Shown piece by piece: positions 20,482-31,047 of a DNA stretch of 64,000 nt. This DNA comes from a bacterium (lineage in GTDB: Bacteria > Patescibacteriota > Dojkabacteria > JAKAPS01 > JAJZLI01). The first letter of the stretch is position 1; every line of letters begins with the position of its first letter. The notes under the pieces were generated by a model. The model made no database searches and was not told the origin of the DNA. It was given only the letters and a program-made list of their open reading frames with translations. The translations under genes and the position numbers were made by a program. The stretch lies in NCBI GenBank assembly GCA_021791275.1, contig JAJYWX010000003.1, positions 29,641-93,640 on the forward strand, read 5' to 3'.

Positions 20482-21674
20482 AAGATAAAAAGAATGCCTC
20501 ATTAAATTTAATAATTTTTAATATTATTAAGTTTATATATGTAACATCAGTTGCATATATAATTTTTGTAAATAATTCAAAATATTTTGAATATGTTGCT
20601 CCTGTAATTATTATATTTGAAATATTAAATATATTTTCAAATTATATAAATAAGAAATGGGAAATTGATATTAGCTCTATTGGTTCTATAATAGCAATCA
20701 CAGATATATCATTTTTATTTTTCATATTAATTATAACCCACAACAATGTTTTATTTTTAGCATTAGCATTAATATCTTATATTCTAAACTTTTTAATATA
20801 TAATAAATTAGTAATATCTTTAGAGATTTTTATTACAGCACTTTTATTATTTTTCCTAGGAGTAATATATCTAAATATTGTATATATTCTCCTTGCCTTA
20901 ATATTTATAATAATAGGGGTATCCATATATTTATATAGAACCAATTTTAAAAAAGATGAAAATACTGATATAAAACCAGATATTATTACTAATGAGAAGG
21001 ATGAAACCGTAGATATAAAGGATGAATTTACTATTATTGTTTCACATAATTTAAGAACACCGATTGCTACATTAAAAGGATATTTACAACTTATAGAGTA
21101 TACAAATGACGAGGAATTAAAGCAAAACTATTTAAACCTTTTAAAAAATAACGTTAATAAATTATATCTTTTAACAGAAGAAGTACTTGGTATAATAAAT
21201 AATACTAAAACCTCTGATTCAAAAACAAACGTAAATTTAGTAATCTCAGCTCTTATAGAAAGATTCGATGAAGATCTGAAATCAAAAAGGATAGAAATTA
21301 ATGTAAAAAGTGATTCTCAAAATACAGAAGTAAATGTAGGAGAATATAGATTAAAAATAATATTGGGCAATATTATTGAAAATGCCATAAAATTTTCTCA
21401 CTTAAATTCTCAGATCGATATTAATATATATCATATCCAAGATAAAGGATTATCAATTAAAATAAGAGATTACGGTACAGGGATAGAAAAGGAAGCTTTA
21501 AAAAATATTTTTCAGAAATATCACAAAACTGACAACGTACTAAATTCTAATTTTGAAGGTTTAGGGTTAGGCCTATATATAGTAAAAAGCTTAATAAATG
21601 ATGAAAAGGGGCAAATTGTTATAAATTCAGAGAAAGGAAAAGGTACAGAAGTTGAAATAGTATTCCCATTGTAA
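20478..21674 (+). CDS. Sensor histidine kinase with polytopic (about 5 TM) membrane sensor and no large periplasmic loop
   Basis: H-box SHNLRTPIATLKGY, an HATPase_c domain with G-boxes (RDYGTGI, GLGLGLYIV) and 5 N-terminal TM helices. Confidence 0.8.
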   Translation: MKDKKNASLNLIIFNIIKFIYVTSVAYIIFVNNSKYFEYVAPVIIIFEILNIFSNYINKKWEIDISSIGSIIAITDISFLFFILIITHNNVLFLALALISYILNFLIYNKLVISLEIFITALLLFFLGVIYLNIVYILLALIFIIIGVSIYLYRTNFKKDENTDIKPDIITNEKDETVDIKDEFTIIVSHNLRTPIATLKGYLQLIEYTNDEELKQNYLNLLKNNVNKLYLLTEEVLGIINNTKTSDSKTNVNLVISALIERFDEDLKSKRIEINVKSDSQNTEVNVGEYRLKIILGNIIENAIKFSHLNSQIDINIYHIQDKGLSIKIRDYGTGIEKEALKNIFQKYHKTDNVLNSNFEGLGLGLYIVKSLINDEKGQIVINSEKGKGTEVEIVFPL

Positions 21675-21686
21675 TAATATAGAGAT

Positions 21687-22931
21687 ATGCTCAAGAAAAT
21701 AAGAAAATTTACTGAAGACGCTAGTATTTCAGAGCCAATAGCATATGTTATTTTTATAAGGATATTTATAAAGGTTTTTATTTTCTTATCCGCACTCTAC
21801 TTCAAGCTTAATTATGCATCATTGTCAATAATTATATTTATATTTCTAGTAACAGAAATATATAGAAATATTGGTACAATTTTATCGGCCACCAAAAAAT
21901 TTCCTGATGAACTTATCGGAGGAATAATATCAGCACTGGATGGTGCAATGATAGTACTTTTACTTTACTACACAAACCTTTTAGGAAGTTATCTATACAT
22001 TTTTATAATACTTTCAATAGCTTTCGATACAATCGAATATGGTATTACTGCAGGTATGGCTGAAGGATTAACTGCTTCAATTTCATATGTATTTTTAGAA
22101 GGGTTTATAAGTACTAATTATACAGAAATTTTAATTAAAGCTTTAATAATAATCATAATTGGAATTATTACAGGATGGCTGAGTGAAAAAATGAAAAATA
22201 GTGAAAAATTGCTACAGAATACTTTAATGAAAAGTAAAAAAGCACAGAGGTTAAATAAGATAAAAGATGAGTTTATTGGAATTAGTTCACATAAAGTAAA
22301 AACTCCAATATCAGTTATTAAAGGTTATATTGAGTTACTCCTCAATGGAAGAGCAGGAGACTTAAATGAAGCTCAAAAAGATTACTTACTGAAAATAGAT
22401 GCCAACACATCTACATTAAATATGCTAATTGACGATCTTCTAAGTATACTTACATTGCAAAATAATAAAATTACAATAATCCCTGCTGAAAATTATATTA
22501 TAAAACTCTTAAATGAGATAAAAAGCAATTTTGAAGCTGAGGAAAAGATAAAGAATATAAAATATTTAACTGATATTGATATAAAAGATAATAAGTTGGC
22601 TGTTTTTGATTATGATAAAATAAAGATAGCAATATCAAATATACTCTCTTATTCTTTTGAAAAATCTAGAGAATCTATAACCTTAAGATCTTATGTAAAT
22701 GAGAATAGTTGGTTTATAGAGGTAAAGGATGATAGTCTAGGTGTAAGTAAAAATGAAGTAAAAAGAATACTTTCGGATAAAAATGAAATTTTCCAAACAA
22801 TAAAAGAGTTAGGAAATAAAGGATTAAATTTATATATATCAAATCTCATAATTCAAGCCCATAAGGGAAGGTTTGAAATAATATCAATAGAGGGTATAGG
22901 TACAACCTTTAAAATTAAACTACCACTATGA
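21687..22931 (+). CDS. Second sensor histidine kinase, paralogous architecture
   Basis: H-box SSHKVKTPISVIKGY and a C-terminal HATPase-like region, after 5-6 TM helices. Confidence 0.75.
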   Translation: MLKKIRKFTEDASISEPIAYVIFIRIFIKVFIFLSALYFKLNYASLSIIIFIFLVTEIYRNIGTILSATKKFPDELIGGIISALDGAMIVLLLYYTNLLGSYLYIFIILSIAFDTIEYGITAGMAEGLTASISYVFLEGFISTNYTEILIKALIIIIIGIITGWLSEKMKNSEKLLQNTLMKSKKAQRLNKIKDEFIGISSHKVKTPISVIKGYIELLLNGRAGDLNEAQKDYLLKIDANTSTLNMLIDDLLSILTLQNNKITIIPAENYIIKLLNEIKSNFEAEEKIKNIKYLTDIDIKDNKLAVFDYDKIKIAISNILSYSFEKSRESITLRSYVNENSWFIEVKDDSLGVSKNEVKRILSDKNEIFQTIKELGNKGLNLYISNLIIQAHKGRFEIISIEGIGTTFKIKLPL

Positions 22932-23287
22932 GTAAAATATTATTAGTTGAAGATGACAATGACTTAGTAAATATATATAAAGAAGAACTTAGTTTTTCTA
23001 ATATAGATTTTGATATCGCTACAAATGGAGAGGATGCAATTAAAAAAAATGAATCTTTTGATTATGATTTGATAATGCTTGACATAATGCTTCCTGATAT
23101 TAGTGGAATAGATGTACTTAAGAAAATCAAGGAAAAAGATAAAGATAAAAAAGTTATTGTGATATCAAATTTAGAAGTCCCTGCAATAATAAACCAAGCT
23201 TTTGCGTTAGGTGTTAATGCCTATCTTATAAAAGCAGAGCTTCTGCCATCTCAGATAATAGAAGAGGTAAAAAGACTTATAACATGA
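22928..23287 (+). CDS. Single-domain response regulator (CheY-like receiver only)
   Basis: LLVEDDNDL...DLIMLDIMLPDISGIDVLKKIK...KVIVISN. 119 aa with no output domain. Confidence 0.8.
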   Translation: MSKILLVEDDNDLVNIYKEELSFSNIDFDIATNGEDAIKKNESFDYDLIMLDIMLPDISGIDVLKKIKEKDKDKKVIVISNLEVPAIINQAFALGVNAYLIKAELLPSQIIEEVKRLIT

Positions 23288-24960
23288 ATGAATTAATCCT
23301 TTATACTACAGCTATACTAACTTTAGCATTAATCGGTGGTTATATAGCTGTAAAATTTAAGCAATACGCAATAGTAGGCTACATATTGATGGGAGTTATA
23401 ATAGGGAGTTTTATTTCCAAAATTCCAGGATCAGAAAATGACATACAAACTCTTTCTTATATAGGTGTTGCATTACTAATTTTTTATACAGGTACGGAAT
23501 TTTCTCTAGGCAAGGTATTGGAATACAAAGGTGTTATTATTAAAGGAATAATAATACAATTTATTATAAATCTTTTAATAATAACATTCCTATTATTTAT
23601 ACTAAAAATAAATATCATTCAAAGTATAATTATTTCTGCAGCACTTTCCTTTAGTTCAACTATTATTGTAAGCAAAATACTAAAAGATCTTGATAGGAAT
23701 TATTCCAATGAAAATCAAATAACTATATCTTGGTTAATGTTACAAGACCTTATATCTATCCCTGTGATAATTTTTATAGAAGATTTTGCACAAAGAGTAC
23801 ACGGTAGTATGCTTATTTTTTCAATATTATCACCAATACTAAAGAGTATTTTACTTCTTATCATAATTTATTATCTAGGATCATTAATCATTCCATACAT
23901 ACTAAAGGAGATAGCAAAAACAGAAATAAGAGAACTTTTAATAATATCGATAATCTGTATTTTATTTATAATGATAACTCTATCTTATTACATAGGTATA
24001 TCCCCTGTAATAGGTGCATTCATTGCAGGATTAATCATTTCCAAAGGGATGCTCAATCATGAAATTTCATCAGAAATTCGGCCATTTAAGGATATATTTT
24101 CTGTATTCTTTTTTATACTTATTGGGACACTCACTCCAATATCTTTTATATTTTCACATATAATAATTATTATTCTTTTAATAATATTTTTTGTACTAAT
24201 AAAGATTATAGTAGAATACTTACTTTTGAATAATTTTCATTTCCACTCTCTTGAATCATTTACTATTGCTCTCAATATGTTCCAAGCTGGAGAATTTTCA
24301 TTTATTGTGGGATTAACTGCATACTCATATGGATTATTATCATTTAATAATTATCATCTGCTATTATCAGTCACAATAATAACTATGATATTTTCCCCTA
24401 TTGTTATAAAAAATAATATTAATATATATAATTTTATAAAAAGATTCTTAGGAAAAAAGGATAATAGAAGCCATACCTCTTCCCAAGTAGAATCAGAGAA
24501 AGATTCTCATAGTGATATAGTAATTGCAGGATATGGACGAGTTGGAAGACAAATAACAAATATTTTAGTCAAAAATGGTATATCGGTAACTGTCATTGAT
24601 TTTAATAAAGATTTAATAAATTCAGAGAAGAATAAGAACATAAGATTTGTTTATGGAAATGCCGAATCTTTGGATATATTAAAATTTGCAAGAGTGCCTG
24701 ATGCGAAAGTTTTAATTATAACTACGCCAGAAATAGAAGTTAATTATGAAATAACAACTCTTTCAAAAAAAATTAATCCAAGGATAAAGATAATTGCAAG
24801 ATCTCACTTGCCAAAACATAAAGAGATTCTATCTAAATCAGGGGTAGAACATGTTATAGAACCTGAAAAAGAGGCTGCGAAAAAAATGACTGAGATCCTA
24901 TTGCAATCTATTGGCAAAAAAGAAAAAGAAATACTTTTTATATTAGATAATATTAAGTAA
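23284..24960 (+). CDS. Monovalent cation:proton antiporter (CPA2, Kef-type) with C-terminal RCK/TrkA-N domain
   Basis: About 12 TM helices, then Rossmann IAGYGRVGRQITNIL and a TrkA-N-like domain. Confidence 0.8.
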   Translation: MNELILYTTAILTLALIGGYIAVKFKQYAIVGYILMGVIIGSFISKIPGSENDIQTLSYIGVALLIFYTGTEFSLGKVLEYKGVIIKGIIIQFIINLLIITFLLFILKINIIQSIIISAALSFSSTIIVSKILKDLDRNYSNENQITISWLMLQDLISIPVIIFIEDFAQRVHGSMLIFSILSPILKSILLLIIIYYLGSLIIPYILKEIAKTEIRELLIISIICILFIMITLSYYIGISPVIGAFIAGLIISKGMLNHEISSEIRPFKDIFSVFFFILIGTLTPISFIFSHIIIIILLIIFFVLIKIIVEYLLLNNFHFHSLESFTIALNMFQAGEFSFIVGLTAYSYGLLSFNNYHLLLSVTIITMIFSPIVIKNNINIYNFIKRFLGKKDNRSHTSSQVESEKDSHSDIVIAGYGRVGRQITNILVKNGISVTVIDFNKDLINSEKNKNIRFVYGNAESLDILKFARVPDAKVLIITTPEIEVNYEITTLSKKINPRIKIIARSHLPKHKEILSKSGVEHVIEPEKEAAKKMTEILLQSIGKKEKEILFILDNIK

Positions 24961-24999
24961 AAATTTGCAAAAATGACTTTATTTTATTAGAATCTATTT

Positions 25000-25500
25000 A
25001 TGCTTAAGAGGAATTTAGATAATAAGGTTGTATTAGGTGTATGTGCAGGCCTTTCAGATTATTATAATATAGATGTAACACTAATAAGGATAATCTTTAT
25101 TATAACAACATTATTATTTGGAATAGGTCTAATTATTTATTTAATATTAGGATTCATTATGACAATAGAAGAAGAAAATCCAAAAATTATCAAAGATTCT
25201 AAAAAAGTAGAATTTATAGATCCAGAAAAAAATGCTAAGAATTTCGCATATATACTTTTAACCATAGGTGTAATTATATTACTTTTTTATACTCCAATTG
25301 TTCAAGTATTTTATAATGGAATATTTTGGGGTATATTCTTTATACTACTTGCGTTAAGCATTATTTTAAAGAAAAAGACATTTTCTATTCCTATGTTTAT
25401 TGTGGTCTTAATAGTATCTATAATATTAACTATAATTGTAAAAGATTTAGGATTCTATTTATCCCAGAATCTACCTTATCCTTATAATAATTACTTTTAA
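25000..25500 (+). CDS. PspC-domain membrane protein
   Basis: N-terminal LKRNLDNKVVLGVCAGLSDYYNIDVTLIRIIFII is a PspC-type amphipathic/TM segment. Confidence 0.65.
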   Translation: MLKRNLDNKVVLGVCAGLSDYYNIDVTLIRIIFIITTLLFGIGLIIYLILGFIMTIEEENPKIIKDSKKVEFIDPEKNAKNFAYILLTIGVIILLFYTPIVQVFYNGIFWGIFFILLALSIILKKKTFSIPMFIVVLIVSIILTIIVKDLGFYLSQNLPYPYNNYF

Positions 25501-25503
25501 AGT

Positions 25504-25785
25504 ATGGATGTTAAAACATTTTTTGAATTGATAAAAATAATATCAATTGATTACCCCATAGCATTAATATTTGGAATAATTGTTTTTTTTATATCTAGAA
25601 AATTTATAATTAAAAATTATATTATAGATTTATTAATAGCTTTTATATTTTTTATAATTTTTACATTTATACCTTATTCTATAGTTGATAGGGGATATTA
25701 TTTAGCTTTTATGGTATATATTAATAAAGGAATAACAAATATATTTAATCAATTAGCAAGTAGCATACTTTTACATAAATCATAG
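25504..25785 (+). CDS. Hypothetical small membrane protein
   Basis: 93-aa ORF with 2-3 hydrophobic helices. Confidence 0.3.
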   Translation: MDVKTFFELIKIISIDYPIALIFGIIVFFISRKFIIKNYIIDLLIAFIFFIIFTFIPYSIVDRGYYLAFMVYINKGITNIFNQLASSILLHKS

Positions 25786-26313
25786 AGGCTCAATCAAACC
25801 GTAAGTAACACCATCATCTCTTTCATATACCATTGTATACTTACCTGTTTCTATATTTCTAAATAAGAATGATTTATGACCAAGTAGTATCATTCTCTCT
25901 ATTGCTTCTTGAGGGTGTATAGGAGTGTTATCTGAATATTTTTTAACCTTAATGATAGGTCTATAATCGATCTCACTACTTTTAACTTCATTCCCATAAT
26001 CCTCCCAATCTTCATCTCCTGAGAAATATTTATGGCTTTTCTCTTTATATCTTACTACCCTCTCTTTTAATGTTGATACTACATCTTCAACACAATCATA
26101 AAACTTTGAACCACTTTTAGAAGCTCTTATTATTACATCATTATATAATGCTGAAATCTCTATCTTATAAAGTTTCCTTTTTTCTTCTTTTATCTTGACA
26201 TACAGTGGGTTCTCCTTATCTAAAAGATGAGAAAGAGTTGATATTTTCTTTTCAATAAAGTCTTTCTCACTTTCTGTAATTTCATAGTTTAGTATTGTGT
26301 ATTTTATATCCAT
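25780..26313 (-). CDS. hpf: Ribosome hibernation promoting factor (long HPF/RaiA family)
   Basis: N-terminal MDIKYTILNYEITESEKDFIEKKISTL...YKIEISA..., the S30AE fold pattern, plus a C-terminal dimerisation extension. Confidence 0.75.
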   Translation of the reverse strand: MDIKYTILNYEITESEKDFIEKKISTLSHLLDKENPLYVKIKEEKRKLYKIEISALYNDVIIRASKSGSKFYDCVEDVVSTLKERVVRYKEKSHKYFSGDEDWEDYGNEVKSSEIDYRPIIKVKKYSDNTPIHPQEAIERMILLGHKSFLFRNIETGKYTMVYERDDGVTYGLIEPL

Positions 26314-26314
26314 A

Positions 26315-27670
26315 TTAAAATCTTTTTATTTTATCAAATCCAGTATACTCTCTTAGAACCTTAGGTACAAGGATACTTCCATCTTCTTGTTGATAATTTT
26401 CAAGTATCGCTATCAAACTTCTTCCGAGAGGAGCCCCTGTATCATTTACTGTATGTACATAATTAAGCTTTCCATTTTCATCTCTATATTTTATATTTAG
26501 TCTTCTTGCTTGGAAATCGGTTGCATTTGTACATGTACCCACTTCTATAAAAGTATTCTGAGATGGTAACCAAGCCTCAATATCTGACTGTATAGCACTT
26601 GCATAATAACCAGAATCTCCTTTACATTTTAAAATTATATGAAAAGGAATCTCTAATGACTCCCAAAACCATTTATTGATATCTAAAAGTTTCTTAAAAA
26701 TTTTATCGGATTGATCAGGAGTCGATACAACATCCATTTCTAATTTATCAAATTGATGTACTCTTTTTATCCCTCTTACATCTTTTCCCCAAGATCCTAC
26801 TTCAGTTCTAAAACAAGTTGTATTTGCAAATACCATCTGAGGAAGTTCATATTCATCAAGTATTTTATCCATAAAATAAGAAAAATTACTCGGTTCTGAT
26901 GATCCAACTAGATAAAGTTTATTGTTATCTTCTACTTTTGAATCTTCAACAGAGTAAACCTGGTCTTTCTCTTGAGGGAAATGACTAGTCCCATATAAAG
27001 ATCTTTCTTTAACAAGTAATGGTGGATTTAGAGGGTAAAAACCCTCTTCTATAAGTTTTTTTGAAAGATGAGATACTATTGCCCATTGAAGTAGTACTCC
27101 TTCCTTTTTAATATATGAAAATCGAGAACCAGAAACTTTTGCAGATTGATTTATATCAATAATATCATTAATTTCTCCTAGTTCAACATGATCTCTCAAC
27201 TCAAAATTATGGTTATCAGAATGAGAAGAATATTTAGGCATATATTGGGAGGATTTATTATCTTTCCCTAATTTAGATTTATCAAACGATTTTATTTCCG
27301 GACTCCAAGCATAAGTTTCAATATTATCCTTTTCTTCTGACCCATCTGGGACTTCATCTTTAAATACATTTGGAATCCAAAGCATTAGGTTATTATATTC
27401 TTCTTCAATAAGGGAAAGTTCTTTATCTAAAGATTCTTTTTGTTTCTTTAGATTTTTCCCAGTCTCTATTAATTTTTCATCCCTTACACTCTTTAACTTA
27501 TGTGAAATCTCATTTCTTTGCCTATTTATACCATCAACTTTTTCTATAAGTTCGACTCTTCTTTTATCTGATTCCAAAAGTTTATCTAGAATACTAACAT
27601 CTAACTTCCTACCTAAAAGACTAGACTTCACTTTATCTTGATTTTTTCTTATATAGTCTATACTTAACAT
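26315..27670 (-). CDS. serS: Serine--tRNA ligase
   Basis: N-terminal coiled-coil arm (MLSIDYIRKNQDKV...) and class II motifs (FRTEVGSWGKDVRGIKRVHQFDKLE, GRSLIAILENYQ). The start is taken at the MLSIDY methionine, because the longer ORF would overlap the upstream gene. Confidence 0.85.
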   Translation of the reverse strand: MLSIDYIRKNQDKVKSSLLGRKLDVSILDKLLESDKRRVELIEKVDGINRQRNEISHKLKSVRDEKLIETGKNLKKQKESLDKELSLIEEEYNNLMLWIPNVFKDEVPDGSEEKDNIETYAWSPEIKSFDKSKLGKDNKSSQYMPKYSSHSDNHNFELRDHVELGEINDIIDINQSAKVSGSRFSYIKKEGVLLQWAIVSHLSKKLIEEGFYPLNPPLLVKERSLYGTSHFPQEKDQVYSVEDSKVEDNNKLYLVGSSEPSNFSYFMDKILDEYELPQMVFANTTCFRTEVGSWGKDVRGIKRVHQFDKLEMDVVSTPDQSDKIFKKLLDINKWFWESLEIPFHIILKCKGDSGYYASAIQSDIEAWLPSQNTFIEVGTCTNATDFQARRLNIKYRDENGKLNYVHTVNDTGAPLGRSLIAILENYQQEDGSILVPKVLREYTGFDKIKRF

Positions 27671-27683
27671 AAAGCTAAATTTA

Positions 27684-28151
27684 TTATAATAAAAATTCGG
27701 AGGATTTAATATAATAAAGTAGTATACCACAGGCGACTGAAACATTTAAAGAATTTTTTTTACCATACATTGGTATTTCTATTACATAATCTGATGATTT
27801 AATTATTTCATCACTAACACCATCTATTTCATTACCTAAAGCTAGGCAAATTTTTTTAGGATACTTAATATCTGTATACAAATAACTTTCTTTTTTCTGT
27901 TCTGCAGAATATATAGGTATATCTAATTTTTTTATTTTATTTAATATAAATATTAAATCTCTATTATATTCCCAATCAACATAATCAAGAGCTCCTAGAG
28001 CAGTTTTATCCAACTTATGATCTGGAGGATAAGGAGTATATCCTGATAAAAATATTTTTTTTACACCTACAGCATCAGCAGTCCTAAATATTGACCCCAC
28101 ATTAAACGCACTTCTAATATTATATAATAATAAGTAAATATCCCTATTCAT
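27684..28151 (-). CDS. SpoU-family RNA 2'-O-methyltransferase (TrmL-like)
   Basis: 155 aa with SPOUT motifs NVGSIFRTADAVG, LGNEIDGVS and IPMYGKKNSLNVSVACGILLY. Confidence 0.7.
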   Translation of the reverse strand: MNRDIYLLLYNIRSAFNVGSIFRTADAVGVKKIFLSGYTPYPPDHKLDKTALGALDYVDWEYNRDLIFILNKIKKLDIPIYSAEQKKESYLYTDIKYPKKICLALGNEIDGVSDEIIKSSDYVIEIPMYGKKNSLNVSVACGILLYYIKSSEFLL

Positions 28152-28240
28152 AAAAGGTTATTATATATATATATCCCCCAAAAAACAAAAACCCATAGAC
28201 TATTTCGATATTTCACATTGTTCCATGTATTTTTTTTATA

Positions 28241-28274
28241 AATTAGAAAAAATATAAACCCCATAGAAATGGGG
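28241..28274 (-). terminator. Rho-independent terminator downstream of secA
   Basis: Hairpin CCCCAT-agaa-ATGGGG (28259-28274), followed on the minus strand by TTTATATTTTTT. Confidence 0.5.
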
Positions 28275-28386
28275 AATACACAATTGAGGCATAGAAATAA
28301 AAGCAAGAATTTGGGTATTTATATTTAGTAAATATGCCAAATTCTTCACAAAAGAAACTGAGTATAATATTTAAATAGGGGAGTGA

Positions 28387-31044
28387 TTACTTATTTTTTC
28401 CGTGACAATTTTTATATTTTTTTCCTGATCCACAAAAACAAGGATCATTTCTTTTTATTTTAGGAGAATTTTTCTGATCAATTTCAGCTTCTATTTCCTT
28501 ATTATTCTCTTGCATTACTGGTTGTTCTATATCAACTTTTTGAACATAAAATACCCTCCTTGCAAACTGAAAATCTACAGTCTTTATAAATCTATCAAAC
28601 ATATTAAAAGCTTCCTGTTTATACGCCACCAAAGGATCTACTTGAGCATACCCCTGCAATCTAATACTTTGTTGCAAATAATTCATTGAGTCTATATGGT
28701 CAGTCCAAAGAAATGATAATACCTGCAAATATACATCTTTTATAATCTGCCTATATATCTCAGCAGTAAACACACTCTCCTGCATATCAAAAGCCTCTTC
28801 AACTATTAAATCAAATTGTTTTTTTACAACATCTAAATCAATAAACTTATTATCTTTTATAAGAAGATTTTTCCATTCATCAAAAGAAGTTCCATTTTTC
28901 TTTAAAATTGCTTCTAAAAACTCTTTCGGTATTATTGATAAAAAATCATTTATAAGAACATCTAATTTCTCTTTTTTATCATCATCAGAATGAGCAGAAA
29001 TTATATTGTCTATCTCTGTGTATATTTTTTCTAATACTAAAGATCTGTAATCAAATTTTGGATTAGTCATATTATCCAAAAATCTCCTTCTTCTAACAAA
29101 GACAACTTCTCTGTGCTGATTCATGATATCATCATAATCAACTAAAGACTTTCTTATATCAAAGTTATATGCTTCCACTTTCTTTTGAGCAGATTCAATC
29201 TGTTTTGTTATGATTGAAGATTCTATTGGCAAATCATCTGACACCCCTAGATTACCTAAAAGCTTTCCAACTGAATCACCTCCAAATATCCTCATTAAAT
29301 CATCATCCATGGATACATAGAATCTGGAAAATCCGGGATCCCCCTGCCTTCCAGCTCTTCCTCTTAATTGGTTATCTATTCTCCTAGATTCATGTCTTTG
29401 CGTACCTATTATATGGAGTCCACCCAATTCCTTTACCCCTTCACCCAAAGCTATATCTGTTCCTCTACCTGCCATATTAGTTGCAATAGTAACTTGTCCT
29501 TTCTCTCCTGCATGAGAAATAATTTCAGCTTCTCTCTCATAATACTTTGCATTTAAAACATTATGCTGAATTCCCTGAGATTTCAAAATATCAGAAAGAT
29601 ATTCAGATGTATCTACAGATGTAGTTCCTACCAATACAGGAACGCCAATTTTGTGCAATTCCAATATTTCAGCTACTACTGCTTTAAACTTAGCCTCTTT
29701 ATTTCTATAAACCCTATCTGGATTATCTTTCCTTATATTGGGTCTATTGGTTGGGATAACAATTGTGTCTAATTTATATATTTTATAAAACTCTTCTGCC
29801 TCTGTAAGTGCTGTCCCAGTCATACCAGCGAGATATTTATATATCCTAAATAGATTTTGAAATGTTATAGTTGCAAGATTTCTACTTTCTTGAAGAATCT
29901 CTACTCCCTCTTTAGCTTCAATAGCTTGATGAAGCCCTTCAGAAAATCTTCTATCTGGCATAAGTCTCCCAGTAAACTCATCTACTATGACTACTTTTCC
30001 ATCTTTGACTAAATATTCATCATCTTTGATAAAAAATGTCTTTGCTTTAAGAGCATTTTCAAGATGATATGTGGTTGAATAATTACTCCAAATATCATCT
30101 AATTTCAAAAGTTTCTCAACTTTATCAATACCATTCTCAGTTAAAGTTATTGATTGGCTTTTCTCATCTGCAACATAATCAAGCTCTATTTGCATCTGGT
30201 TTGCTAAAGATGCAAATTTCTGATATTCCATAGTTTCACTCTCAACTGGATCAGATATGATAAGTGGTGTTCTAGCTTCATCGATTAGTACTGAATCGGC
30301 CTCATCTACTATACAGAAAAAAAGATCTCTTTGGACTATATCTTCCTTATTAAAAACCAAATTATCCCTTAAGTAATCAAATCCTAAATCATTATTAGTA
30401 GCATAAGTGATATCACAATCATAGGCCTCTTTTCTAGTACATTCAACAAGATATAGACCATGCATTCCATTTAATTTTAAATCATATCCTTTTGCATCTT
30501 TTTTATCTTTACCATAATCTTGAAATTCATCAATGGTAATAAATTTATACGAACTTGTAGAAGTAACAACCCCTGTGCTAAGACCTAAAAAAGAGTATAT
30601 AAACCCACACCATTCTGCATCTCTTTTTGCCAGATAATCATTGACTGTTACTATATGCGCACCCCTTGAAAGAAGTGAGTAAAGAGAAAGTGGCAATGTC
30701 GCAACCAATGTTTTTCCCTCTCCAGTAGAAAGTTCTATTAACTTTCCCTTCGCCATAGCTACTCCAGCCATTATCTGAACATCATAATGCCTATGATTAA
30801 AAACCCTATTTGATGCTTCTCTAACTAATGAGAAAACTTCAATGATATTATTTTCAATAAAAGAATCAATATCTTCATCCTTTATATTTTTTCCCTTATT
30901 TTTTACCTCAAGGATTCTTTTTTTTATCTTATCATCAGAATAGGATTTTACTTTGCTTTCTTCCAAGTTAACTTTTTCAAGATACAATGAAAGCTTATTT
31001 AGCTGTTTTTGATTTGAATCAAATATTTTTGAAAAAAAAGACAT
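28387..31044 (-). CDS. secA: Preprotein translocase ATPase SecA
   Basis: 885 aa with DEAD-motor motifs and a C-terminal zinc finger CFCGSGKKYKNCHGK. Confidence 0.9.
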   Translation of the reverse strand: MSFFSKIFDSNQKQLNKLSLYLEKVNLEESKVKSYSDDKIKKRILEVKNKGKNIKDEDIDSFIENNIIEVFSLVREASNRVFNHRHYDVQIMAGVAMAKGKLIELSTGEGKTLVATLPLSLYSLLSRGAHIVTVNDYLAKRDAEWCGFIYSFLGLSTGVVTSTSSYKFITIDEFQDYGKDKKDAKGYDLKLNGMHGLYLVECTRKEAYDCDITYATNNDLGFDYLRDNLVFNKEDIVQRDLFFCIVDEADSVLIDEARTPLIISDPVESETMEYQKFASLANQMQIELDYVADEKSQSITLTENGIDKVEKLLKLDDIWSNYSTTYHLENALKAKTFFIKDDEYLVKDGKVVIVDEFTGRLMPDRRFSEGLHQAIEAKEGVEILQESRNLATITFQNLFRIYKYLAGMTGTALTEAEEFYKIYKLDTIVIPTNRPNIRKDNPDRVYRNKEAKFKAVVAEILELHKIGVPVLVGTTSVDTSEYLSDILKSQGIQHNVLNAKYYEREAEIISHAGEKGQVTIATNMAGRGTDIALGEGVKELGGLHIIGTQRHESRRIDNQLRGRAGRQGDPGFSRFYVSMDDDLMRIFGGDSVGKLLGNLGVSDDLPIESSIITKQIESAQKKVEAYNFDIRKSLVDYDDIMNQHREVVFVRRRRFLDNMTNPKFDYRSLVLEKIYTEIDNIISAHSDDDKKEKLDVLINDFLSIIPKEFLEAILKKNGTSFDEWKNLLIKDNKFIDLDVVKKQFDLIVEEAFDMQESVFTAEIYRQIIKDVYLQVLSFLWTDHIDSMNYLQQSIRLQGYAQVDPLVAYKQEAFNMFDRFIKTVDFQFARRVFYVQKVDIEQPVMQENNKEIEAEIDQKNSPKIKRNDPCFCGSGKKYKNCHGKNK

Positions 31045-31047
31045 ATA

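Noticed and set aside
29368-29772. Two short plus-strand ORFs inside secA
   Set aside because: They are antisense to secA, Cys- and Ser-rich, and low-complexity.
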